Of a stretch of DNA of 64,000 bases, positions 8,796 through 19,298 are shown one piece after another (position 1 is the stretch's first letter; the number at the start of each line of letters is the position of its first letter). The notes beneath the pieces were generated by a model. The model had not been told where the DNA came from, did not search any database, and was given only the letters and a program-made list of their open reading frames with translations. The stretch covers positions 798 to 64,797 of the forward strand of contig CAZYYD010000014.1 in the NCBI GenBank assembly GCA_964651225.1. The letters run 5' to 3'. A program made the position numbers and the translations under genes. The DNA comes from an uncultured Ignavibacteriaceae bacterium. Its GTDB lineage: Bacteria > Bacteroidota > Ignavibacteria > UBA10030.

Positions 8796-9665
8796 ATGAG
8801 GGAAACACTTCTCTCTCCAAACAGGAGAGAAGTCCAAAACCCGACGCTGAGTAGTTATGGCGACTTCATCGTCCCCGGAGAATATCGGAGACATTCTCGA
8901 TTTTCACACGTTGCGAACTATCTTCTTGGTAAACATCTTATCTCTCTTGTTGATCCATCCATTGGGGCAGGGCCTCTGAATATCGTCGTCGAGAATGGAA
9001 TCCAGCACATTGTTGATCGAGTGATCATTGAACATGACAAGGTGATTCTCGATCATCGTATCTATGTCTGCACAACTGCAGTACGATATGATTCTTCATT
9101 GCCAATTCTTTCTCTTTCCGATCTTCAGCTTATCAAAAATAATCTTCCAACATTCAAACGTATCCTGAGAGATTGTGCTCCCGAAAAAAGTATTGCCTTT
9201 CTACTCGATGAATCCGAGGAATTACATTCTCCACTATCGTTTGAATCAATATTGAAAGAGCGGTTTCTCAGAGGCAGGAAGCTGATCGTGGAGGGGAACG
9301 TCCTGGAGGCTGTTCGCACAATGAAAGGACTGGGATTTGGATTGACACCCAGCGGCGATGATTTCATCTCGGGTTTTGTGCTTGGATTGAATCTTCAACA
9401 AATTCCATTAGCCATTGATTTTCAAAACCTTATGAGGGAAATATTTGAGATCGCACAGTCTGATAATCCTCTTTCCCGGGCATGGCTTCAATGCTCAATA
9501 AAAGGCCGACTCTTTGAAAAAATGAAGCAGGTAATTCTCGCTTTAGGGCAAAAGGATCCAAATGAACTCCTGCGAGCCGTACACCGGCTCTTAACAGTTG
9601 GATCAAGTTCGGGGATTGATATGGCCGTTGGATTTGTATTTGGAATGGAGTATGTTCGAGTATGA
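8796..9665 (+). CDS. yahE: DUF2877 protein (YahE/YlbF(AllH)-like)
   Basis: GLGFGLTPSGDDFISG and VGSSSGIDMAVG signatures, GAGPLNIV. Start uncertain (8709 or 8796). Stop overlaps the next start (ATGA). Confidence 0.8.
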   Translation: MRETLLSPNRREVQNPTLSSYGDFIVPGEYRRHSRFSHVANYLLGKHLISLVDPSIGAGPLNIVVENGIQHIVDRVIIEHDKVILDHRIYVCTTAVRYDSSLPILSLSDLQLIKNNLPTFKRILRDCAPEKSIAFLLDESEELHSPLSFESILKERFLRGRKLIVEGNVLEAVRTMKGLGFGLTPSGDDFISGFVLGLNLQQIPLAIDFQNLMREIFEIAQSDNPLSRAWLQCSIKGRLFEKMKQVILALGQKDPNELLRAVHRLLTVGSSSGIDMAVGFVFGMEYVRV

Positions 9666-11227
9666 TGATCAAAGGCTTGATCAAGAAGGGTGAATATTAC
9701 GACTCTGTGACTTTGATGTCGGCTGTTAAGCAGCTCAACACGTTGAACGGTGTCCGGGATAGTGCTATCGTCATGGGCACAAAGGAAAATAGATCGATCC
9801 TGGATGCGTCGGGGCTTCTGTTGGATGAATTTCAATTGAGCAGCGACAACGATCTGCTCATTGTTGTGAAGACGGACACGGCCGGTGAAGCAGAGCAGGC
9901 GTTGTCAGGTGTTGGGACAGTTCTCCAATCTGTCCGGAGACGTGTTCAACCCGGTTCTTCACCTTTACCGCGAAGTCTTCCACAGGCGCAGAAAATCCTT
10001 CCCGGGGCAAACCTAGCACTCATTTCAGTCGCAGGGCGGTATGCCGGAGACGTCGCCATGAACGCCTTAGAGCATGGACTGCATGTGATGCTATTCTCGG
10101 ATAATGTCTCGCTTGAACAGGAAGTCGCCCTGAAACAATATGCTATTGAGCATCAATTGCTGGTAATGGGACCGGATTGCGGTACGGCCATCATCAATGG
10201 TGTACCTTTGGCGTTTGCGAATGTGGTAACTCGCGGTGATATCGGGATTGTAGCTGCAGCGGGGACTGGATTACAAGAGGTAAGCTGTCTGATCTCTCGA
10301 GGCGGGTGCGGTGTATCTCAAGCTCTCGGGACCGGCGGTCGGGATGTAAAAAAAGAAGTTGGCGGTTTGATGTTTATCAAGTCAATGCAATTGCTGGCGC
10401 AAGATCCGAAGACGAAGATTCTTCTCCTTATCTCAAAACCACCTCATCCGGAAGTGTTGGAGAACATAGGGAAACTGGCGAAAAAAATCCCGAAGCCGGT
10501 TATCGGGGCCTTTCTTGGTGCAGATCATGAGACGATGAAGAACCATGGTATGCATCCGGCAGGCACATTGGAAGAAGCGGCAGCTCTTGCGGTTATTCTT
10601 TCATCTGGAGGAAGGGCAGAAGAAGTTAAAACCCACCTGGAAAAAGAATACGAATTACTTCAAATGAGCGCAAAGCAGGAAGCAGGGAAATTACATAAAC
10701 CGCAAAAATATATCCGCGGATTATTCAGTGGAGGGACATTCTGTTATGAAGCCCAACTGCTTCTGAAAGATCTGAAAGAACCGATCTTCTCGAATGCACC
10801 GACCGGGATTTCTGCGAAGCTTGTGAATTCACTTAAAAGTCAGAAACATACGCTGATCGATCTCGGAGAAGATGAGTTCACCGTTGGACGTCCGCACCCC
10901 ATGATTGACTATTCATTGAGAAATAAACGCATTATTGAAGAGGCAGCAGATCCAGAAACAGCTGTCATTCTATTGGACGTGGTACTTGGATATGGGTCGA
11001 ATCCGGAACCTCTGAAAGATATATTGCCGTCAATTATTCAGGCACAGAAATCTGCACGGCAGAGAAATCGATCTATTGTAATTGTTTGTTCGGTGACTGG
11101 AACGGATGCTGATCCACAGAATCGAATTCTCGTGGTCAAAGGACTCGAACAAGCGGGAGTGATTGTGATGAACTCGAATGCCGCTGCAGGTTTGCTCGCC
11201 GGCAGAATCATTGAAGAAATCGAATAA
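9662..11227 (+). CDS. fdrA: FdrA/YahF-family acyl-CoA-synthetase-like protein
   Basis: YYDSVTLM, ALISVAGRYA, FSDNVSLEQE, MGPDCGTAII, GTGLQEV, GLFSGGTFCYEA, DLGEDEFTVGRPHPMID. Confidence 0.9.
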   Translation: MMIKGLIKKGEYYDSVTLMSAVKQLNTLNGVRDSAIVMGTKENRSILDASGLLLDEFQLSSDNDLLIVVKTDTAGEAEQALSGVGTVLQSVRRRVQPGSSPLPRSLPQAQKILPGANLALISVAGRYAGDVAMNALEHGLHVMLFSDNVSLEQEVALKQYAIEHQLLVMGPDCGTAIINGVPLAFANVVTRGDIGIVAAAGTGLQEVSCLISRGGCGVSQALGTGGRDVKKEVGGLMFIKSMQLLAQDPKTKILLLISKPPHPEVLENIGKLAKKIPKPVIGAFLGADHETMKNHGMHPAGTLEEAAALAVILSSGGRAEEVKTHLEKEYELLQMSAKQEAGKLHKPQKYIRGLFSGGTFCYEAQLLLKDLKEPIFSNAPTGISAKLVNSLKSQKHTLIDLGEDEFTVGRPHPMIDYSLRNKRIIEEAADPETAVILLDVVLGYGSNPEPLKDILPSIIQAQKSARQRNRSIVIVCSVTGTDADPQNRILVVKGLEQAGVIVMNSNAAAGLLAGRIIEEIE

Positions 11228-11236
11228 GAACTCTCT

Positions 11237-12640
11237 ATGAAAAATCTTTTCGAACAAGAGCTTCAAGTCATCAATATCGGACTGCAATCGTTCAAGGAAA
11301 CTTTGGATGCGTGCAACGTGAAATCAGTTCAAGTTGATTGGAAGCCGCCGCTCGCTGTTTCGGCCTCAGCAAATGCAGTGCTTCGATCACACCGCGGAAG
11401 GATTGAACAGGCGAATCAACGCGCAGTACAGAGGATCATGAAAGGCAGACCTGCGTTGGTTGGCTTGGATAGAGCAGGGGATGTTATTCCGGGGATGAAA
11501 AAAACCCTTTTACTCCATGCCGGACCGCCAATTGGATGGGATCGGATGTGCGGACCTATGAGAGGTGCCATTATCGGTGCGTTAGTCTATGAAGGTCTAG
11601 CAAGGACTCCGGAAGAAGCAGAACAAATTGCCCAGTACGGACAGATCGAATATGCCCCATGCCATGAGCATCAGACTGTGGGACCGATGGCTGGTGTCGT
11701 ATCGTCATCGATGCCAGTCTTCATTGTCAAAAATGAGGAATATGGAAATTATTCCTACAGTACGATGAATGAAGGGCTCGGAAAAGTGCTGCGCTATGGA
11801 GCATTCAGTGAAGAAGTAGTAAACCGGTTGAAATGGATGGAGAATGTGTTATACCCGGTATTGAAGCAAGCAGTGACAGCAGCGGAGCGTGTCGATCTAA
11901 AGGCCATCATCGCGCAAGCACTGCATATGGGAGATGAAGTCCATAACCGAAATCGTGCCGCAACGTCATTGCTGTTCCGGGCACTCGCACCGCACATTGT
12001 ACGGACCTGCAACGATCAGAGTACCTCAGCAAAGGTTCTTGATTTTATCAACGGGAATGATCATTTCTTCCTCAATCTCTCCATGGCAGCAGGGAAGGCT
12101 TGTCTTGACGCCGCACGGAATACGAAAGAGAGCAGTATCGTTGTGGTGATGGCAAGAAATGGTACGGACTTTGGTGTTCAACTTGCGGGGACAGGAAATG
12201 AGTGGTTCATTGGCCCGGCCCCTGTCCCGGATGCATTGTTCTTTCCGGGTTTCACGAAAGAGGATGCTAATCCGGACATTGGCGACAGTGCAATTACGGA
12301 GACGTACGGTCTTGGCGGATTCGCGATAGCAGCATCACCAGCCATTGTACAATTTGTCGGTGGACAAGCAAGGGATGCACTGTACTATACATTACAGATG
12401 TATGAAATTACGACTGAAGAAAATCCGGGATTCCAAATTCCTTCCTTGGATTTTCGCGGAACCCCAACCGGTATCGATGTCAGAAAAGTCGTGGACACTG
12501 GAATTATGCCGTTCATTGATACCGGAGTGGCGCATAAAAAACCGGGTATTGGTCAAGTCGGCGCGGGTGTTCTTTCTGCGCCGGCCGAGCCATTCATCAA
12601 TGCCTATGAAGGTCTTGCAAGGAAATTGAGCAAACGGTAA
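11237..12640 (+). CDS. yahG: DUF1116 protein (YahG/YlbE(AllG)-like)
   Basis: LLHAGPPI, PCHEH..VGPMAG, NEGLGKVLRYGA, MGDEVHNRN, NDHFFLN, ARNGTDFG, DIGDSAITE, IDTGVAHK. Confidence 0.9.
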   Translation: MKNLFEQELQVINIGLQSFKETLDACNVKSVQVDWKPPLAVSASANAVLRSHRGRIEQANQRAVQRIMKGRPALVGLDRAGDVIPGMKKTLLLHAGPPIGWDRMCGPMRGAIIGALVYEGLARTPEEAEQIAQYGQIEYAPCHEHQTVGPMAGVVSSSMPVFIVKNEEYGNYSYSTMNEGLGKVLRYGAFSEEVVNRLKWMENVLYPVLKQAVTAAERVDLKAIIAQALHMGDEVHNRNRAATSLLFRALAPHIVRTCNDQSTSAKVLDFINGNDHFFLNLSMAAGKACLDAARNTKESSIVVVMARNGTDFGVQLAGTGNEWFIGPAPVPDALFFPGFTKEDANPDIGDSAITETYGLGGFAIAASPAIVQFVGGQARDALYYTLQMYEITTEENPGFQIPSLDFRGTPTGIDVRKVVDTGIMPFIDTGVAHKKPGIGQVGAGVLSAPAEPFINAYEGLARKLSKR

Positions 12641-12667
12641 GATGACTGCATAGTTTTGTATTTTGAC

Positions 12668-12738
12668 ATTCCCTCACGTTGTCAGAGGGAATCTTGCTGA
12701 ACGTCATAGTAGGACTCCCGTCAACAATCCGCGGGAGT
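12668..12738 (+). repeat. two intercistronic stem-loops
   Basis: ATTCCCTC-N9-GAGGGAAT (12668-12692) and ACTCCCG-N11-CGGGAGT (12714-12738); no U-tract. Confidence 0.55.
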
Positions 12739-12764
12739 GACATTATCCCCCAAAAGGAGTGCAT

Positions 12765-13577
12765 ATGAACTCGAAACAATTTTTTGATTTTATGGACAAG
12801 ATCAAAATGTTCGATCTGACACAGCGTCTTTCGATCCACACACCTCCCTGGCCAAGTTATATGCCCCTCGGCATCCAGTATTTCAAACGTATTGCAGGGG
12901 CCCATATGGGACAAGGAGCGAACGGGCAGATCATTACGACAAGCAATCATGTCGGGACGCATATTGATGGTGAAATTCATTTCCATGCCAGCGGGCGGAC
13001 GATCGGTCAGGTGCCGATGGAGGAATGGGTCGGCCCGGGAGTCGTTGTGGATATCTCAAAGGAGGTTTCCGATTATAGTCTGTATTCTCCGGATCTTCTC
13101 ATGAGCAAAGCAGAGATCAAGAAGGGTGATATTCTGATCATCAATACCGGGTATCATCAGTATGCATGGGACCAATCTGGTTCGGATGAAATTCGATATT
13201 TTGTTAAGCATCCAGGCCCGGATCCGAAATTCCACACATGGGCGTTGAACATGAAATTCAAATGGATTGGAGTAGATTGTGGAAGTGCTGACCATCCAAT
13301 GAATACGATTATTAGGAACTGGCATCCGAAGTCGTTTGTTGAGGCTGACAAGAAGTTGAAGCAGGACTATGGTAAAATCTGGGATGAGATGTTTCCTCTC
13401 GAGGAGTATTATCAAGTGATGCACTTAAAACTCTTTCCCAAGAAGTTGATCCATGCTGAAAATGTCGGGGGTGAAATAGACCAGTTGTCGAACAAGCGGG
13501 CTTGGATCGGATTGTTCCCGCTGCGCGGCATTGAAATGGAATCTTCCATGTGTCGCATTGTGGCATGGATGCCCTAG
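12765..13577 (+). CDS. cyclase-family metal-dependent hydrolase (KynB/isatin hydrolase superfamily)
   Basis: HVGTHIDG metal motif (HxGTHxD), GDILIINTG, GVD, HAENVGG. AAGGAG RBS favours ATG 12765. Confidence 0.9.
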   Translation: MNSKQFFDFMDKIKMFDLTQRLSIHTPPWPSYMPLGIQYFKRIAGAHMGQGANGQIITTSNHVGTHIDGEIHFHASGRTIGQVPMEEWVGPGVVVDISKEVSDYSLYSPDLLMSKAEIKKGDILIINTGYHQYAWDQSGSDEIRYFVKHPGPDPKFHTWALNMKFKWIGVDCGSADHPMNTIIRNWHPKSFVEADKKLKQDYGKIWDEMFPLEEYYQVMHLKLFPKKLIHAENVGGEIDQLSNKRAWIGLFPLRGIEMESSMCRIVAWMP

Positions 13578-13585
13578 GAGACGAT

Positions 13586-14473
13586 ATGCCCATTCTGCAG
13601 GAATTCGAATATTTCAAACCTTCCTCAGTCAACGAAGCTCTTCATCTGCTCTCGCACTATAAAAGAGCCTCTGTGTTGGCGGGAGGTACGGACCTCGTCA
13701 ACAATCTTAAAAGTGAAATCGATCAGCCCGATGCCGTTGTGGATATCAAAGGCATCAGCGGATTGCATACGATCGTGTTCAAAAAGAATATTCTGACGAT
13801 CGGTGCAGCTGTGACGTTTTCCGAGCTGATCGCATCAAAAATCATTCAATCAAAATATCCTGTAATTGCAGAGGCCGCAAAGACCGTCGGATCTGCCGGT
13901 ATTCGCAATAGAGCAACGATGGTCGGGAATATTTGTTCTGCAGTTGCATGCGCAGACAGCAGTCCGCTGCTCTTGGTATTTCAGGCGAACGTACTCGTGC
14001 AGGGAAAGAAGGGAAAGCGCAAGGTTGCCATAGCGAAGTGGCTGAAGGGGAATAAGAAGACAGATTTGAAGAAGGGCGAACTCGTGCTCGCAATCGAAAT
14101 CCCTCTTCCGGCAAAAAAATATGCCGGACGTTTTGTGAAGATGGGACGATATTCGGGTGAAGATCTTGCACAGGCGAGTGTGGTGATTCTGGCATTGCCG
14201 AAAAACCAATTCAGAATTGCGTTCGGCTCGGTCGGTCCCGTTCCTATGAGAGCGGCCGCGATCGAAAAAGTTCTCAATGGCCGTGAACCATCACCAGAGC
14301 TGATCAAGGAAGCAAAAGCAATGGTTCCGGCGCTGATATCACCCATCACAGATATCAGGGCGACAAAGGAATACCGTATGCATATGTCTCAGGTGATGTT
14401 CGGGCGCGGTTTGAACGACGCTGTCGAGCGGTTTCGGGGTAAAGGATCTGATTACGGTGTGAGCCTTCTATAA
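13586..14473 (+). CDS. Mo-hydroxylase (xanthine dehydrogenase family) FAD-binding subunit
   Basis: FEYFKPSS, LAGGTDL, IRNRATMVGNIC, SPITDIRATKEYR. AGGAG RBS before ATG 13586. Confidence 0.92.
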   Translation: MPILQEFEYFKPSSVNEALHLLSHYKRASVLAGGTDLVNNLKSEIDQPDAVVDIKGISGLHTIVFKKNILTIGAAVTFSELIASKIIQSKYPVIAEAAKTVGSAGIRNRATMVGNICSAVACADSSPLLLVFQANVLVQGKKGKRKVAIAKWLKGNKKTDLKKGELVLAIEIPLPAKKYAGRFVKMGRYSGEDLAQASVVILALPKNQFRIAFGSVGPVPMRAAAIEKVLNGREPSPELIKEAKAMVPALISPITDIRATKEYRMHMSQVMFGRGLNDAVERFRGKGSDYGVSLL

Positions 14474-14504
14474 TGGAACTGACGAACCTATGGAGTTGTT
14501 ACCT

Positions 14505-15011
14505 ATGAAACGAAAGTTATCGTTCCTCCTCAATCGACGGCAAGTTCATGTGGAAGTTGAGCCGCAAGAGATCCTGTTGGATGTACTGCGCGACCGCTTG
14601 GGTATCAAGACTCCCAAATGCGGATGCGATCGTGGGGACTGTGGTTCTTGTTCCGTGCTGATTGACGGGAAGACAGTGCGGAGCTGCATGGTGCTGGCGA
14701 TGGAAGTCGCCGGTCTAGCCGTAACAACGATCGAGGGATTACTTGAAAATGATCACTTGACACCGCTGCAGGAATCATTTATTCATCATAATTCTTTTCA
14801 ATGCGGGTTTTGCGCACCGGGCATCATTCTTTCTGCGACCGAGCTGTTGGAACACAACACCCACCCGAATGATGACGAGATCAAAGAAGCTATCTCTGGA
14901 AATTTATGCCGATGCACAGGGTACCAGCCCATCATTGATGCAATAAAAGATTTGACCTCCCATCCGGAATCCTTCAACAGAACTGATGTGAAGAAGGAGG
15001 TGAAGTCATGA
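14505..15011 (+). CDS. Mo-hydroxylase 2x[2Fe-2S] subunit
   Basis: GCDRGDCGSC...SC and QCGFC...NLCRCTGY. Alternative start at 14490. Confidence 0.95.
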   Translation: MKRKLSFLLNRRQVHVEVEPQEILLDVLRDRLGIKTPKCGCDRGDCGSCSVLIDGKTVRSCMVLAMEVAGLAVTTIEGLLENDHLTPLQESFIHHNSFQCGFCAPGIILSATELLEHNTHPNDDEIKEAISGNLCRCTGYQPIIDAIKDLTSHPESFNRTDVKKEVKS

Positions 15012-17353
15012 GCAGCTTAAAATTTGTGGGACAGGATGCGATCCGTATTGATGGGAAGGCAAAAGTCAGCGGTGCTGCTCAGTATGTCGACGATCTGGAA
15101 TTCGGGCCGGGATTACTTTTTGCAGAAATTGTTGAAAGTCCATTCGCACATGCGGAGATCTTGAAGATTGACACATCAAAAGCCGAACGAGTACCGGGTG
15201 TGATCAAGGTGGTGACCGGAAAAGATTTTCCATTTAGTTTCGGCTTATATCTGCAGGATCGGTATGTCTTTGCACAAGACCGTGTCCGGTTCGTCGGCGA
15301 GCAAGTTGCCGCCGTCATTGCAATCGACATCGTTACAGCAAAGAGAGCGGCAAAATTGGTCACCGTGACATATAAAGAATTGACCCCCGTTCTCACCGTA
15401 GAAGATGCTCTGAAGGAGCATCCGCTGCTCCTCCACCCGAATTTGAAGAATTATAAGCGTGTCCCATGGTTCTTTCCTCAAGCGGATACCAATATCGCTC
15501 ATCTGAGAAAAGTGCGGAAGGGAAACACCGATGATGGATTGAACAATGCTGATCTTGTGTTCGAAGATACCTACACTGTTCCACGATATGCACATTGCGC
15601 TATCGAAACGCATGGGGCTGTTGGTTTGTATGACCTCACCGGACGATTGACGGTCTGGGCGGCATCACAATCGCCATTCACTCAGCGCAATCTCTTTGCC
15701 GAAGCCCTGGCTCCGCTCGGATTGACGCATAACGATGTCCGGGTCATTGCACCATTTGTCGGCGGAGGATTTGGAGGGAAAGCCGGAGTTTCGATGGAGA
15801 TTCTGGCTGCAGCATTGGCCACCACAGTACGGGGGAATCCTGTCAAAATCATCTGGTCTCGTGCGCAGGAATTTTATAACACGTATCAGCGGCAAGGATT
15901 GGTTGCAAAGACAAAGATCGGCGTGAAAAAGGACGGTACGATTACAGCGCTGGAGCAGACATTATATTGGGATGCAGGCGCGTACGTCGAATACGGAGCA
16001 AATGTTGTCAATGCTGCGGGCCTTTCAGCCACCGGTCCATATCGGATCCCCAATGTCAAAATAGACTCGTATTGCATTTATACGAATCTGCCGCCAGGAG
16101 GACCATATCGGGGTTTTGGATATTCTGAGTTCTTATTCGGTCTCGAGTCGCATATCAATGAGACAGCGAAGAGAATTGGATTGGATCCGGTAGAATTCAG
16201 ACGACGCAATGCAATTCAAGAAGGGGATATTTTGAACTATGGAGGCCATATGAATCCCAGCGGCCTCCGAGAATGTATTGATAAGGCTGCCGAAGCGATT
16301 GGTTGGGGAAAGAGAGTTGAGAATGCTACTGAGTCGACAAAAGTTACCGGCAAGGGGTTCGCCTGTTTCTGGAAGGCGCCTGCGATGCCTCCCAATGCTG
16401 CATCAAGCGCCTTTATCAAATTCAATGAAGATGGAAGTCTTAATATCCTCATCTCAGCAATGGAAATCGGTCAGGGACTCTTGACCGTGATGGCTCAAAT
16501 AGCAGCAGAAGTGCTGACCGTGCCGATTTCCAAGATTCGTGTTGAAGTGCCCGATACAGATCGGAATCCCTACGAATGGCAAACCGTTGCTTCACATATT
16601 ACGTGGGGTACCGGGAACGCTGTGAAGAAAGCGGCAGAAGATTGTCGCGAACAGATTTTTGACCTTGTCGAGCATGCTCTTGGCAAGAAACGAGAAGATT
16701 TGTATTTAGAAGGGGAACATGTCTGCTCGCGGAGCGATCCGACATTCAAAAAACCTTTGCGCGAGTTCGTTATCAACGGCTTGATGATGAGTGATGGAAC
16801 GTTCCGCGGCGGTCCGATCATGGGCCGCGGCATGTTTATGCCGGAATTCGCTTCTGCTCTTTCTGACCCTGAAACAAGTCAGGGAGGGAAACCGAACGTT
16901 CATTATACAGTGGGTGCCGCTGCCGTGGAACTGGAAATTGACCGCGAAACGGGTCGCATGCGCATACCGAAAGTTGTACTTGCTGTTGATGTCGGAAAAG
17001 CGATCAATCCAGACTTGGTGAGGGGACAGGTCGTTGGAGGAATTGTGCAGGGAATTGCCACCGTGTTATACGAGGATATGCGGTTCAACGAAAAAGGGCG
17101 TCTCCTGAATCCGAATTTCACTGACTATAAAATTCCAACATCAATGGATATTCCCGATGAAATAATTTCGATCTTAGTTGAAGTGCCTCAGCCAGATGGC
17201 CCCTACGGGGCGCGCGGAGTTGGAGAGCATACAATGATTCCGGCCGCTCCCATCATTGCCAATGCGATAGAAGATGCTCTGGGGATTCGTATAAAATCTA
17301 TGCCCATCACTGCAGAAAAAGTGGCGCTAGAAATATTACGGGCAAAGAAATAG
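15008..17353 (+). CDS. Mo-hydroxylase molybdopterin-binding subunit
   Basis: KVSGAAQY, AHCAIETHG, VGGGFGGK, YRGFG, EIGQG, DVGKAINP, GARGVGE (catalytic Glu). Confidence 0.95.
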   Translation: MSSLKFVGQDAIRIDGKAKVSGAAQYVDDLEFGPGLLFAEIVESPFAHAEILKIDTSKAERVPGVIKVVTGKDFPFSFGLYLQDRYVFAQDRVRFVGEQVAAVIAIDIVTAKRAAKLVTVTYKELTPVLTVEDALKEHPLLLHPNLKNYKRVPWFFPQADTNIAHLRKVRKGNTDDGLNNADLVFEDTYTVPRYAHCAIETHGAVGLYDLTGRLTVWAASQSPFTQRNLFAEALAPLGLTHNDVRVIAPFVGGGFGGKAGVSMEILAAALATTVRGNPVKIIWSRAQEFYNTYQRQGLVAKTKIGVKKDGTITALEQTLYWDAGAYVEYGANVVNAAGLSATGPYRIPNVKIDSYCIYTNLPPGGPYRGFGYSEFLFGLESHINETAKRIGLDPVEFRRRNAIQEGDILNYGGHMNPSGLRECIDKAAEAIGWGKRVENATESTKVTGKGFACFWKAPAMPPNAASSAFIKFNEDGSLNILISAMEIGQGLLTVMAQIAAEVLTVPISKIRVEVPDTDRNPYEWQTVASHITWGTGNAVKKAAEDCREQIFDLVEHALGKKREDLYLEGEHVCSRSDPTFKKPLREFVINGLMMSDGTFRGGPIMGRGMFMPEFASALSDPETSQGGKPNVHYTVGAAAVELEIDRETGRMRIPKVVLAVDVGKAINPDLVRGQVVGGIVQGIATVLYEDMRFNEKGRLLNPNFTDYKIPTSMDIPDEIISILVEVPQPDGPYGARGVGEHTMIPAAPIIANAIEDALGIRIKSMPITAEKVALEILRAKK

Positions 17354-17531
17354 ATAGAGCAGTCTCCTGTGCCGGATTGTGGTTTAATGTTCCCTCAACC
17401 CATCGTAAGGACTTTTTCCAAATTGAAATGAAAACCTGTACTCATTAAGTCGTTATTTAGTAATAATTTACAGGTAAGTGTCATCTCTCTCTTTGCTCCT
17501 CTGATTTGTTTCTCAATATGATCACTACCCC

Positions 17532-17560
17532 TTGCTAAATCTCCTTATGCTCTCTATATT
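17532..17560 (+). promoter_or_regulatory. sigma70-type promoter of gdhA
   Basis: TTGCTA-N17-TATATT. Confidence 0.6.
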
Positions 17561-17571
17561 GGACACCATAA

Positions 17572-19002
<1,431 letters not shown>

Positions 19003-19039
19003 TCGGCGCTCTGTTGCGTTCATCTGTATGCAAAATCAT

Positions 19040-19087
19040 AGGTGACCGTTATCTCTTGACATGCTTCGGTGGGGGTAACGGTCACCT
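19040..19087 (+). repeat. strong stem-loop downstream of gdhA
   Basis: AGGTGACCGTTATCTC...GGGGGTAACGGTCACCT, about 16 bp with G-U pairs; no U-tract. Confidence 0.6.
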
Positions 19088-19298
19088 GAATATTCCGCAT
19101 AAATCGATAGCAGGAATGAGTAGTATAATCAACAGGCCGTGAACTCCGTCTCCAATCAGGTATATCTGTTGATTGGAAAAAATAGATTCTTTCCAGAATA
19201 TTCAGGATAATGTTATGGAATATATTCTTACAGTCCTCTGAAGAGATAAGACGAAACGCGAACCTGCGCTCAGATTCGCAAAATGCAGGTAGGAATGC

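Noticed and set aside
13586-17353. Calling the Mo enzyme xdhABC or coxMSL
   Set aside because: The diagnostic XDH Glu and CODH AYxCSFR motif are absent, so no symbol was given.
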